This document shows, piece by piece, positions 39,395-48,683 of a DNA stretch of 64,000 bases. The position numbers and the translations under genes were made by a program. The stretch is from Leptonemataceae bacterium (GTDB lineage: Bacteria > Spirochaetota > Leptospiria > Leptospirales > Leptonemataceae). The DNA lies in NCBI GenBank assembly GCA_965227295.1, contig OZ245742.1, positions 2,528,001 to 2,592,000 of the forward strand, read 5' to 3'. Each line of letters opens with the position of its first letter. Positions within the stretch are counted from its first letter, which is position 1. Below the pieces are notes generated by a model. That model searched no databases. It saw nothing but the letters and a program-made list of their open reading frames with translations, and was not told the origin of the DNA.

Positions 39395-40219
39395 TCAGCC
39401 GACCACACCGCCGGAAGTGGGGCCGAACTTTTGCTTGTTCTTGTTATACTCTTCGCGATCGGGGTTGACCTCGCGTTCTTCGATTCGCAGCTCACGTTGC
39501 TTATCCGGGGGGAGATTGCAAAGATCATGCGACCCGGCCGGGAGTTCGACGTGAACACCTTCCCGGAATTGGAGGACGATGCGGCCGCCTGGTGAGACGA
39601 CAAGGCGATCGTCTTTCGTAGCTTCGATGAAGCCGTGCTCCTTCAGATACTCCGCCAGAGGAATACCACCGTATGTTACCCTGCCACTGAAGGCCACCAC
39701 GGTGGCTTTGACGCCGCACCAGGCCCGTTTAATTTTTGGTTTGTCCGGTTCGGTCCGCCGGATCATCCGCCCCAATTGATTCTCGCGATCGGCCTGCAAC
39801 GTATGCGTTAACTCGTGGGCCATCAATCGGCGATCCGGAGTATTCGATCGGACTTCACTACGATCAACGAATACATCCTTGCCGATGGTGAATGCCCGTG
39901 CGTCGATGCTGCGTGTGATGCGATCCACGCCCGGCCCGATGTGCACGCGCACTGCATCGAAGTTGCGGCCGAAGCGCGGTTCGAAAAATGTACGCTCCGC
40001 GGTACTGAGCGGGCGTCCGCCGTTGCGGCGCAGTTGATCAATGCGGTGTTCCGTTGCGGCCAGGACACGCTGCGGCGCCTGAGCGGCGATCACGCCGCCC
40101 GCGTTCGCGGATCGTTGTAGTTGCGCGGAGGAGAGCGGTACCGGCTCACGTTCGGTCGCGGCCTGGCGGCGCGAACTGCTCCGGGATCTGCGATGGGTGC
40201 GTACGAATCTTCCAGCCAT
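39395..40219 (-). CDS. DUF4157 (eCIS core) domain protein with short C-terminal FecR-like segment
   Basis: GRPLSTAERTFFEPRFG...VRVH...ARAFTIG...LMAHELTHTLQ. Confidence 0.8.
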   Translation of the reverse strand: MAGRFVRTHRRSRSSSRRQAATEREPVPLSSAQLQRSANAGGVIAAQAPQRVLAATEHRIDQLRRNGGRPLSTAERTFFEPRFGRNFDAVRVHIGPGVDRITRSIDARAFTIGKDVFVDRSEVRSNTPDRRLMAHELTHTLQADRENQLGRMIRRTEPDKPKIKRAWCGVKATVVAFSGRVTYGGIPLAEYLKEHGFIEATKDDRLVVSPGGRIVLQFREGVHVELPAGSHDLCNLPPDKQRELRIEEREVNPDREEYNKNKQKFGPTSGGVVG

Positions 40220-40329
40220 GCCGAATCTTACGATGGAATCAAGAGAGATCAAGCCGGCCGCCCTCGCTGTGAGTTAAGACCGTAGTTTTTTCTAAGCTCG
40301 TGTAAGATGATGAAACGATTCGCCCGTGA

Positions 40330-40887
40330 TCAGAACGACTCTTCGCGAATGAACGCGTCCACGTGCAAGCCCGCGCGTCCGGTCTTTACATCGTCGAAGT
40401 AACGTTCGAGAGAAAACCGCACACTGCTGAACGCCAGATCTTCCCACGGAATCTCGTCCTCCGCAAACAAGCGTACTTCCAGAGACTCCGGCCCCGCGGA
40501 AAAATTCAGATTCTTAAGATCCGCGAGAAAGAGCATGTATACCTGGGAGATGTGCGGGATGCTGTAGACCGCGTGGAGGTTGCGGATCTCGACCTCGGCG
40601 TTGGCTTCTTCGCGCGTTTCGCGCAGACCGCCCTGTTCCACGGTCTCGCCGTTTTCCATGAAGCCGCTGGGCAACGTCCAGTAGCCGTAGCGCGGCTCGA
40701 TGCTCCGGCGGCAGAGCAGCACGGTGCCGTCCTCGCGCCAGACCGGCAGGCAGCCGACGATGATGCGCGGGTTGGAGTAATGGATGTGGCTGCACGTCCG
40801 GCAAATGTAACGCGGGAGATTGTCGCCGTCCGGAATCTTCCAGTCGAGGTCTCCGCCGCAGTGGTTGCAGTACTTCATGGTCGGCAT
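40330..40887 (-). CDS. NUDIX hydrolase with N-terminal zinc ribbon
   Basis: CNHCG...CRTC and [21 protein letters not shown]udix box. Confidence 0.93.
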   Translation of the reverse strand: MPTMKYCNHCGGDLDWKIPDGDNLPRYICRTCSHIHYSNPRIIVGCLPVWREDGTVLLCRRSIEPRYGYWTLPSGFMENGETVEQGGLRETREEANAEVEIRNLHAVYSIPHISQVYMLFLADLKNLNFSAGPESLEVRLFAEDEIPWEDLAFSSVRFSLERYFDDVKTGRAGLHVDAFIREESF

Positions 40888-40899
40888 TTAGAAGAGTGT

Positions 40900-41014
40900 T
40901 TTACTCCGAGGACCGAGGGAACGAGTTTTTGGGGAGAGTGGTCCTGGCGTGATTGCGATCGGGCTAAGATGACTCTCCTTCTCTATTTCTCGGTACCTCG
41001 TTCCTCGGAGTAAA
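40900..41014. repeat. Inverted-repeat element, family B copy 1
   Basis: TTTACTCCGAGGACCGAGGGAACGAG / CTCGGTACCTCGTTCCTCGGAGTAAA. Confidence 0.8.
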
Positions 41015-41132
41015 TCATCCTCCAAACTACCCGAACTCCACCGCGATTTCCATCGTATTTTAAAAAATTGCGTGCGGCGACCGGTGCCTGGATCGTGTCC
41101 CCTTTCCGCGCGAGAGCGTGTGGGAGGTGCGC

Positions 41133-42071
41133 ATGCCCGATTCCGTCAAACATCTGATCACCTGGAAAGACTGGGACGACGCCGAGATTCGTAAGATTCT
41201 CATGCTGGCCACCCGGGTCAAAAAAAATCGCCACTTCTACCAGGGCACTCTCTCCGGACGCACCCTGGTGATGCTGTTCCAGAAGACGTCCACGCGCACG
41301 CGGGTGTCCTTCGAGGCCGCCATGACCGAGATGGGCGGTCACGGCATCTACATGGACTGGAACACCACGAACTTCAAACTCTCCAAAATCAAATACGAGA
41401 CGGCGTATCTCTCGCGGAACGTCGCCGTGATCATGGCGCGCATGAAACGCAACGAGGATCTCCTCGAACTCAAAGAAGGCGCCACCGTGCCGCTCATCAA
41501 CGGCTGCGATAATCTCTACCATCCCTGCCAGGCCATGGCCGACATGCTCACCATTCACGAGGACCGCGGCCGCTGCGAAGGGGCGAAGCTCACGTACATC
41601 GGCGTGCACAACAACGTCGCGAACTCGCTCATGGCCGTCTGCGCCGCCCTGGACGTGCACCTTACCCTGGTGACGCCCATTCGCTCGAAAGAGAACTTCG
41701 ACGAGGAGCTGTTTGAAAGGCTTAAGCACAAGAAGTTAGTACGCGAAACCCTGGATCCAGTGGAAGGCGTCACCGGTGCCGACTACGTCTACACGGACAC
41801 CTGGGTGGACATGGAGTTTTTCGATAACCCCGACTTCGCCGACTTCAAAGAAGAACGCATCCGCACCATGATGCCGTATCAGTTGAACGCGGACCTGTTC
41901 AAGCACGCCCCCGAGGCGAAGATCCTGCACGACATGCCGATCCATCCCGGTTACGAAATCACCGAGGACGTTGTAGAATGCGAGCGCGCGCTGATCTTCC
42001 AGCAGGCCGAGAATCGTCTGGAGGCGCAGAAAGCGATCATCCTGTACCTGCTCCGTTCGTTGTGGTTGTGA
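41133..42071 (+). CDS. argF: Ornithine carbamoyltransferase
   Basis: FQKTSTRTRVSFE, HPCQ, NNVANSL, QAENRL. GGAGG SD. Confidence 0.9.
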   Translation: MPDSVKHLITWKDWDDAEIRKILMLATRVKKNRHFYQGTLSGRTLVMLFQKTSTRTRVSFEAAMTEMGGHGIYMDWNTTNFKLSKIKYETAYLSRNVAVIMARMKRNEDLLELKEGATVPLINGCDNLYHPCQAMADMLTIHEDRGRCEGAKLTYIGVHNNVANSLMAVCAALDVHLTLVTPIRSKENFDEELFERLKHKKLVRETLDPVEGVTGADYVYTDTWVDMEFFDNPDFADFKEERIRTMMPYQLNADLFKHAPEAKILHDMPIHPGYEITEDVVECERALIFQQAENRLEAQKAIILYLLRSLWL

Positions 42072-42078
42072 GAGCGCC

Positions 42079-43119
42079 GTGAACATACATCTGCTGAACT
42101 ACCGGCTGTATCTGTTTCTCGGCGCGTTTTTGATCGTCGCCTCCAACAGTCTGTGGATCGTGCGGTCGTCTCATTTTGCCGGCAACGCGGAATTGCTGTC
42201 CCTGGCCCTGACGATTGACCTGGCCGTCTTGATTCCGGCGCTGTTTTACCTGATCATGCGCAGAGGCGGCATCTCGGCTCTGTCCGTCATTCCGGTCTTT
42301 GTCGTGGCGATTGTTCTGGCGACGCTCATCATTCCGCCGGAGCATCATCGTTATCTCGACCTCGTGAAGCTTGCTCTGGTTCCGCTGGAGTTGTTTGTCG
42401 TGGCGTGGATTGCCTACCGGGCGTTTTTGATCATGCGCGACCAGTCGCGATCCGTGAATCCGGACTTCGTGGATTCGATTCGAACGGTCTTGCAGCGACA
42501 GATTCGCCCGGGTTTCGTTTCAAGCCTCTTCGCGAGCGAGATCTCCATGTTCTACTATGCCTTCTGCGGATGGGGGCGGCCCGCACAGGCCGGGGCGAGT
42601 GACGGGGCCTTTACGTATCATAAGAAAAGCGGTTATGCGGCGGTGGTGTGGGTGTTCGTCTTCTTGATTTTGATGGAAGCCGTGGTGATTCATCTGGTGT
42701 TGCAGCGCTGGAGCGTGGTCGCCGCCTGGGTGCTCACGATCTTAAGTATCTATGGATTGCTGTTTATCCTTGCCGATCTGAACGCGGTGCGCCTGCGGCC
42801 GATTCTCGTGGACGACGAGTTTTTATATTTGCGGATCGGCCTGCGCTGGAACGCGAAGATTCACCGCCGCAGCATTGCCGGTGTGCGCACGATTCGAAGC
42901 GTCGACGGCGACGCGGAAAATCTGAACGCGGCCCTGCTGGGTTTTCCCAACGTGGAGATTCGCTTCGAGGAGCCGCAGGAGATCGTCGGGCTCTACGGTT
43001 TTACAAAACGCGTGCCTGGCGTCAGCGTCGCCGTGGACGAACCCCGGGCGTTGCAGGACGTTTTGAAGAGTTCTGCCATCGAGGCACCGAGATTTCCGAG
43101 GGAAGATTTGGGAGAGTGA
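42079..43119 (+). CDS. Multi-pass membrane protein
   Basis: About 6 TM segments, FTYHKKSGY motif, C-terminal soluble domain. Confidence 0.7.
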   Translation: MNIHLLNYRLYLFLGAFLIVASNSLWIVRSSHFAGNAELLSLALTIDLAVLIPALFYLIMRRGGISALSVIPVFVVAIVLATLIIPPEHHRYLDLVKLALVPLELFVVAWIAYRAFLIMRDQSRSVNPDFVDSIRTVLQRQIRPGFVSSLFASEISMFYYAFCGWGRPAQAGASDGAFTYHKKSGYAAVVWVFVFLILMEAVVIHLVLQRWSVVAAWVLTILSIYGLLFILADLNAVRLRPILVDDEFLYLRIGLRWNAKIHRRSIAGVRTIRSVDGDAENLNAALLGFPNVEIRFEEPQEIVGLYGFTKRVPGVSVAVDEPRALQDVLKSSAIEAPRFPREDLGE

Positions 43120-43188
43120 TCGTGGCGGAACGGTTTCGGGCGCGGGCAATCTCTCCGAAAAAACACTCGGTCCCTCGGCCCTCGGAGT
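43077..43188. repeat. Inverted-repeat element, family B copy 2 (degenerate left arm)
   Basis: Right arm CTCGGTCCCTCGGCCCTCGGAGT. Left arm lies inside the upstream CDS end. Confidence 0.6.
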
Positions 43189-43202
43189 TTATTCTGTAGA
43201 GA

Positions 43203-43652
43203 ATGCGACTCCACCGACATGCAATCATCCTCGCGACCATCCTTACGGCCGGGCTCGCGTTCGCCCAGGACCCGCCCGGTAGCGTCCGCATTACGGTCAC
43301 CGGCATTGAGGGCGATGACGGCCGCATCATCTGCGCATTGTTTTCTTCTTCGAAAGACCGCGGTTTCCCGCTGGATGTCTCGGCGGCGAATCGGGTGCGT
43401 CGTTCGATTGACGGCCGCAGCGTGGTTTGTGAATGGACGGGGCTTAAGCGTGGTTACTATGCCGTCTCCGCGGCCCACGATGTGAACGACAACGGCAAGT
43501 GCGACGTGAATTTCCTCGGCGTACCGATCGAAGCCTGGGCCGCTTCGAACAACGCGCGCCCCGTGATGCGCGCGCCTGCGTTCCTCGAAGCCCGCTTCCT
43601 GGTTTCACCGGGCGATACCGTAACACAGAAAGTTCAACTGAAGTATCCTTAA
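43203..43652 (+). CDS. DUF2141 family exported protein
   Basis: GYYAVSAAHDVNDNGKCDVNFLGVPIEAWAASNN. Confidence 0.88.
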   Translation: MRLHRHAIILATILTAGLAFAQDPPGSVRITVTGIEGDDGRIICALFSSSKDRGFPLDVSAANRVRRSIDGRSVVCEWTGLKRGYYAVSAAHDVNDNGKCDVNFLGVPIEAWAASNNARPVMRAPAFLEARFLVSPGDTVTQKVQLKYP

Positions 43653-43655
43653 GGT

Positions 43656-44342
43656 TCAGCGGGAAGCGCCCGTCGTAGGGCGCGGCTGTTGTTTTGCGAC
43701 GACGTTGTTTTTCGCCGGTGGTGTCTGTTCCGATTCGGCATTCGCTTCGAAGCGTGCGGCCTCGCCGCGTTTGAGGACGAACTGTTCCTCCCACGCCTCG
43801 TAGCTCATGCCCAACTGCGCGGCGCAGCGCCGGCGATACTTGCGCATGAAGTAGACCGTGAGCGGATAACCGGCAACGGCGACGGGCACGGCGATTACGA
43901 AGCCGCCGATCAGCATGGGCCAGCCCAGTTCGAAGATCATGAAGCGGCCCCAGTGCAGCATGCCTTCCCACATACCCAGGGCCTGGGCCTCGGTGAGCAC
44001 GTCGGTGAAGTGTGCGAAGGTCATGGGAGTGAGCTGCGTGCCGACAGCCAGGAAGAAGTAGTACCCCGTCATGTAGAACGCATAGTACATGGGGCCCATG
44101 GTCACGGGGTTGCTGAGCCAGACCCAGGCCACGGCGATGACCAGATGATAGTGCAGACGGAAGAGGCGGAACAGAAACCAGTTCAGAGTGACCAGAATCA
44201 TTTGAATGCCGACGAGGGGCGTGAAGGCCCAGAAGAGACCGACGGCGCTCGCCAGGCCGAGCTCGGCCAGAGGATGATGGGATTCCCGAAAATGACGCAG
44301 GATCTTATCGTCGATGACGTCCTTGAGCTTCTGCCACAACAT
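43656..44342 (-). CDS. DUF2062 family membrane protein
   Basis: LASAVGLFWAFTPLVGIQ...WLSNPVTMGPMY. Confidence 0.85.
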   Translation of the reverse strand: MLWQKLKDVIDDKILRHFRESHHPLAELGLASAVGLFWAFTPLVGIQMILVTLNWFLFRLFRLHYHLVIAVAWVWLSNPVTMGPMYYAFYMTGYYFFLAVGTQLTPMTFAHFTDVLTEAQALGMWEGMLHWGRFMIFELGWPMLIGGFVIAVPVAVAGYPLTVYFMRKYRRRCAAQLGMSYEAWEEQFVLKRGEAARFEANAESEQTPPAKNNVVAKQQPRPTTGASR

Positions 44343-44423
44343 ACGAAGACGCGTCCCGAAGGATGCGGATAAGATATTTTCTCATTGCCTTCCTGTCTGC
44401 TCTTTTAATTGTCCCGGGATAAC

Positions 44424-44969
44424 ATGCAATCTATCCGGAGTCTTTTGTTCATTCGTCACGCCGTCGCCCAGGATCGCGAGGAATTCAGCGGCGACGACGA
44501 CCTTCAGCGCCCTCTCACCGAGAAGGGCCGCAAGAAAGCGCGCAAGGCCTTCGACGGCCTGTTGAATCTCTACGATCCGCCGGATCTCATTATCCACTCC
44601 GAGGCCGAGCGGGCCCGGGATACGGCGGAGATCCTGGGCCGGGTCTTTCCCTCGTCGCCGCTGCGCGAGAGCGCGCTGCTGAATCCGGGCGCCGACTACG
44701 AATCCCTGCGGAAGCTCCTGGCCGATCGCGACGTGCGCGGCGAGTGCGTCGCTCTGGTCGGCCACGAACCGGACTTCAGCGAGATGATCTCGGGTTTGCT
44801 CCAGGCCGGTCCCGGGGACGAAGACCACGCGGCGCACGCCTTCCTGCACCTCGACATCAAGAAGGCGTCGTGCGTGGAAATCAAGCTGGACGGCGAGGGG
44901 GCGGGCGAGTTACGAAACTTCCTGTCGCCGGGGGTGTTGCGATTGTTGCGGAAAGTGGAAGATATATGA
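44424..44969 (+). CDS. sixA: SixA-like phosphohistidine phosphatase
   Basis: IRHAVA, RPLTEKG, RARDTA, LVGHEP. Confidence 0.85.
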   Translation: MQSIRSLLFIRHAVAQDREEFSGDDDLQRPLTEKGRKKARKAFDGLLNLYDPPDLIIHSEAERARDTAEILGRVFPSSPLRESALLNPGADYESLRKLLADRDVRGECVALVGHEPDFSEMISGLLQAGPGDEDHAAHAFLHLDIKKASCVEIKLDGEGAGELRNFLSPGVLRLLRKVEDI

Positions 44970-45096
44970 CTCCGAGGACCGAGGTACCGAGAGAAGATAT
45001 GGGAGAATCCCGTAGTCTATACGCGATCATGCTACGAGCTTTTCCAAAAAAAGACTCTTCTCTATCTTTTCCTCGGTACCTCGGTCCTCGGAGTCA
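44967..45096. repeat. Inverted-repeat element, family B copy 3
   Basis: Perfect 25-bp arms TGACTCCGAGGACCGAGGTACCGAG (44967-44991) / 45072-45096. Confidence 0.88.
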
Positions 45097-45120
45097 AATC
45101 TCTTTGCGGGAGAGCAAACG

Positions 45121-45480
45121 ATGTACTATGACCGACACGTGTTCTTATGTGAAAACAAACGCGAGGGCGGGGACCGCGAGTGCTGTGCGGACAAAGACTC
45201 AAAGCGCCTGCGCAAAGTTCTGAAAGAAAAAACCAAAGCCGCGAAGCTGGATCAGCGCATCCGCATCAACGGCGCGGGCTGTCTCGATCGCTGCGAAGAA
45301 GGGCCGACCGTGGTCGTGTATCCGGAAGGTCGCTGGTTTCGTTTGAAGAACGAAGCCGACATGGATCGGTTCGTGGAGACCTACCTGAAAGACGGCAGCG
45401 TGGCCGGCATCGAAGACCTGGAGCTGCCGGACGAACATCCGGCGGATCGGCTGAAACAAGAGCAGCAGATGCAGCAGTAG
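45121..45480 (+). CDS. Thioredoxin-like [2Fe-2S] ferredoxin
   Basis: HVFLCEN...CC...AGCLDRCEEGPTVVVYPEG. Confidence 0.92.
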   Translation: MYYDRHVFLCENKREGGDRECCADKDSKRLRKVLKEKTKAAKLDQRIRINGAGCLDRCEEGPTVVVYPEGRWFRLKNEADMDRFVETYLKDGSVAGIEDLELPDEHPADRLKQEQQMQQ

Positions 45481-45570
45481 TTTTCGGCCCCCTTCGATAG
45501 TCAAAACACCCCCGGGTCGACGGCGACGGTTATTGCTGGACTAAATTATTGTATCTGTTAGAAATTAGTC

Positions 45571-45786
45571 ATGCGCCCGGAATTGCTTGATGAAATTCGT
45601 GACCTTCCCGCCGAGGATCGTCTCGCAGTTGCCCGGGCTGCTCTTGAAAGCCTTACCCAGGATCGTGCGCCGCTGTCCGCGGATTTCGTGCGGGAATTGG
45701 AGCGCGTGCACGACGATTATCTTGCGGACGGTGATGCCGGCAGTGATTGGGAAAGTGTAAAGGCGCGGATTCGCGCACGCACATGA
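45571..45786 (+). CDS. Addiction-module antitoxin
   Basis: LPAEDRLAVA..ALESL...ELER...WESVKARI pattern. Overlaps the toxin start. Confidence 0.82.
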   Translation: MRPELLDEIRDLPAEDRLAVARAALESLTQDRAPLSADFVRELERVHDDYLADGDAGSDWESVKARIRART

Positions 45787-46073
45787 TGATTACGATCCGC
45801 CGCCTCGCGGAAGATCAGATTTCGGAAGCCTATCAATACTACGAGAGTCAGCGCGGCGGACTCGGGGAGGAGTTTTTCTCAGCCTTCGAAGCCACCCTGG
45901 GAATCATCGAGCGCTATCCGCAGCTTTATCCGATTGCAATCCGCGATATTCGTCGGGCCGCCTTGGTGCGTTTCCCATACAGTGCTGTCTATGTGGTAGG
46001 CCCGTAGCGAATCGTAGTCCTTGCCTTCTATCATCACCGCCGTGTTACAGACGAACGGCTGGAAGACCTGTAA
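45783..46073 (+). pseudogene. RelE/ParE-family toxin interrupted by an in-frame TAG (46005-46007)
   Basis: AYQYYESQRGGLGEEF...RFPYSAVY, then TAG, then the same frame continues RIVVLAFYHHRR...L-TAA. Confidence 0.8.
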
Positions 46074-46102
46074 ACGCCCACAATCTCCACACCACACAAG
46101 GA

Positions 46103-46158
46103 GCAACGGGGGCCAGGGGAGACGCTCTCTTGCAAACCGCGTCCCCTGGCCCCCGTTG
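46103..46158. terminator. GC-rich hairpin between convergent transcription units
   Basis: GCAACGGGGGCCAGGGGA / TCCCCTGGCCCCGTTGC. No clear U-tract. Confidence 0.5.
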
Positions 46159-46164
46159 CGACGC

Positions 46165-46917
46165 TTACTTCTTACCCATATTCTCCATGAACGGGCGCAG
46201 TATTTCGATGGGGATCGGGAACACCGTCGTGGAGTTCTTGTCCGCCGCGACTTCGACCAGCGTCTGTAAAAAGCGCAGTTGAATGGCCACCGGGTGTCTG
46301 CCGATGACCTCGGCGGCTTCGCCGAGTTTCGCGGATGCCTGGAATTCACCCTCGGCTGCGATGACCTTGGCCCGGCGTTCCCGCTCGGCCTCGGCCTGCT
46401 TGGCCATGGCCCGCTGCATCTCACTCGGCAGATCGATGTGCTTAACTTCCACCATGCTGACCTTAATGCCCCAGGCGTCCGTCTGTTTGTCGATGACTTC
46501 CTGCAACTGCGCGTTGATCTTCTCGCGTTCGGACAGGATTTCGTCCAGCTCGGATTCACCGACGATGGAGCGCAGCGTGGTCTGGGACAACTGCGACGTG
46601 GCCACCAGGAAGTCCTCGACCTCGATGACGGCGCGCTGGGCGTCCAGGACACGGAAGTAGACCACGGCGTTGACCTTGATCGAAACGTTGTCCTTCGTGA
46701 TGACGTCCTGGGGCGGCACGTCCATGACCACGGTGCGCAGGCTGACCTTGATCATTTTGTCGAGGAACGGGATCAGCACGATCAGGCCGGGGCCCTTGAT
46801 GCCCACAAAGCGGCCCAGGCGGAAAATGACCGCGCGTTCGTACTCGCGGAGAACCTTGATGGCGCTCGACAGAAAGACGAAGAGCATCACGAGTATGAAG
46901 ACGATGTATGTAACCAT
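46165..46917 (-). CDS. Slipin/stomatin (SPFH) family protein
   Basis: [39 protein letters not shown]. Confidence 0.95.
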   Translation of the reverse strand: MVTYIVFILVMLFVFLSSAIKVLREYERAVIFRLGRFVGIKGPGLIVLIPFLDKMIKVSLRTVVMDVPPQDVITKDNVSIKVNAVVYFRVLDAQRAVIEVEDFLVATSQLSQTTLRSIVGESELDEILSEREKINAQLQEVIDKQTDAWGIKVSMVEVKHIDLPSEMQRAMAKQAEAERERRAKVIAAEGEFQASAKLGEAAEVIGRHPVAIQLRFLQTLVEVAADKNSTTVFPIPIEILRPFMENMGKK

Positions 46918-46967
46918 GTTTGTTTGACCTCTAAAGTATTGTTCTACGAAAACTAAGACAATTTGCG

Positions 46968-47093
46968 ACTCCGAGGAGCGAGGGGCCGAGAGAAGAAACG
47001 GGAGGGCTTACGGAGCCCGACAGCGTTCAGGCTATGCTCACTTTCCGAAATACTTCTTCTCATCTTCCCACTCGGTGCCTCGGTCCTCGGAGT
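46968..47093. repeat. Inverted-repeat element, family B copy 4
   Basis: ACTCCGAGGAGCGAGGGGCCGAG / CTCGGTGCCTCGGTCCTCGGAGT, between nfeD and slipin. Confidence 0.8.
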
Positions 47094-47121
47094 AAAAAAC
47101 TCTTCGCAACGAAAGACGCGT

Positions 47122-48534
47122 TCAGTCGGCCCGCTCCACGCGCAGGCTGAGCCCCTCTACGGCGACAACTTTTACGCGCTCCCCCGCGGGGATCGGCGCG
47201 CCGTTGGTGCGGGCCTGCCACAGTTCGCTGTGAATGAACACACTGCCCTGGCGCGCGTCGATCTCTTTGCGCGCTTCGCCGATGTCGCCGACCATGGACT
47301 CCTGTCCGCTGACGATCTGCTTGCCGTGCGACTGCGCCGCCAGGTAAACCAAAAAGCCCATGATGCCCGCCGTGAGCAGGCTCGTAAAGATGATAAATGC
47401 CAGTGATATTCCCACGAAAGCCGCCCCCGAGCGCATGAGCATGATCGACCCCAGCGTGATGCATAACGTGCCGCCGACGCTGAGCAAACCGTAGCTCATG
47501 ACATTGAGTTCCAGAATAAAAAAGACGATGCCCAGGCCGATCAACGCGAGCCCGGTGTAATCCACCGACAGCGACTGCAATGCGTACAGGCCCAGGATGA
47601 GACAGATGGCCCCGATGGCGCCCGGGAAGATGGCGCCCGGACTGTAGACCAGTTCCGCAAAGATGCCCAGCATGCCGAGGGACATGAGGATCATGGCCAC
47701 CTGGGGGCTCGCGATCAGGTCGAGCAGGTCACGGCGGAAATCCTTTTCGATGGTTTCGATTTCCGCGTCGGCGAAGCTCGCCAGTTCGTGGGGGCCGCCC
47801 ACCATGCGCACCGTGCGCCCGGAAATTTTTTCGAGCAGTTCCTGCTCGCTCTCGGCCATCACATCGATGACGTTTTTGCTCAGCGCTTCCTCGGACGTGA
47901 TGTTGTCCGCGTGGGTGACGGCACGGACCGCGAACTCCGCGTTGCGCCCGTGATACGAGGCCAGGGCGCGCATCTGCGCTTTTGCGTGGTTCAACAACTT
48001 GCGCTTCATGTTCAGCGCGTCGTCGGCGCCGGCCGTTTCCGGAATGCGATCGTCCTTCCCCGGTTCCGCGCCGCCGCCGCCGCCGGCCTGAACCGGCGTG
48101 GCCGAGCCGATGTTCGTCGCCGGCGCCATGGCCGCAATGTGCGAGGCGTACATGATGTAGACGCCCGCCGAACCGCAGGTGGATCCCGGCGGCGAGACGA
48201 ACGTAATCACCGGTACCGTGGACGCGAGGATGCTGCGATTCATCTCGTCCATGGACGAGACGAGGCCGCCCGGAGTATCCAGGATCACGAGCAGCGCGTC
48301 GGCGCTTTCCCGCTCGGCCCGGCGGATGGCCTGGGTGAGTGTCTCGAGCGCGGACGGTGAGATGGGACCGCGGATCTCCACACGCAGCAAACGAGCGCGC
48401 TGTTCTTCCAGGTTGAGGACCTCTTCCGCCGGCTCCTGAGACGCGAGGGGCAACGCGGACGCCGCCAGAACGAACAGGCCGGCGCCGCAGAGGATTACAG
48501 AAATACGAAACGAAGCCAAACGATGTGTGATCAT
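47122..48534 (-). CDS. nfeD: NfeD-family membrane serine protease (ClpP class)
   Basis: LDTPGG, SAGVYI, MAPATNIGSATP and C-terminal OB fold (SELWQA). Adjacent to slipin. Confidence 0.92.
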   Translation of the reverse strand: MITHRLASFRISVILCGAGLFVLAASALPLASQEPAEEVLNLEEQRARLLRVEIRGPISPSALETLTQAIRRAERESADALLVILDTPGGLVSSMDEMNRSILASTVPVITFVSPPGSTCGSAGVYIMYASHIAAMAPATNIGSATPVQAGGGGGAEPGKDDRIPETAGADDALNMKRKLLNHAKAQMRALASYHGRNAEFAVRAVTHADNITSEEALSKNVIDVMAESEQELLEKISGRTVRMVGGPHELASFADAEIETIEKDFRRDLLDLIASPQVAMILMSLGMLGIFAELVYSPGAIFPGAIGAICLILGLYALQSLSVDYTGLALIGLGIVFFILELNVMSYGLLSVGGTLCITLGSIMLMRSGAAFVGISLAFIIFTSLLTAGIMGFLVYLAAQSHGKQIVSGQESMVGDIGEARKEIDARQGSVFIHSELWQARTNGAPIPAGERVKVVAVEGLSLRVERAD

Positions 48535-48683
48535 GGGAACGTCAGGAGGAAGTTAAACAGAAAGCCGGCGGCGGCAAGCGATTCTTTTACGGATCTGCTT
48601 CAGAAAATATACTTGCATGGACACTGCTGCGTACGCCTGCATCATAGAGCCCTGCATGAAGCATTCCGGGACGGATCTTTCAT

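Noticed and set aside
46005..46007. Pyrrolysine or genome-wide TAG recoding
   Set aside because: TAG is a normal stop for other genes here (26347, 45480, 61488) and no pyl genes are in the window.
40900..47093. CRISPR array from recurring CCGAGGACCGAG motifs
   Set aside because: Copies are inverted pairs kilobases apart, not direct repeats with regular spacers, and no cas genes are present.
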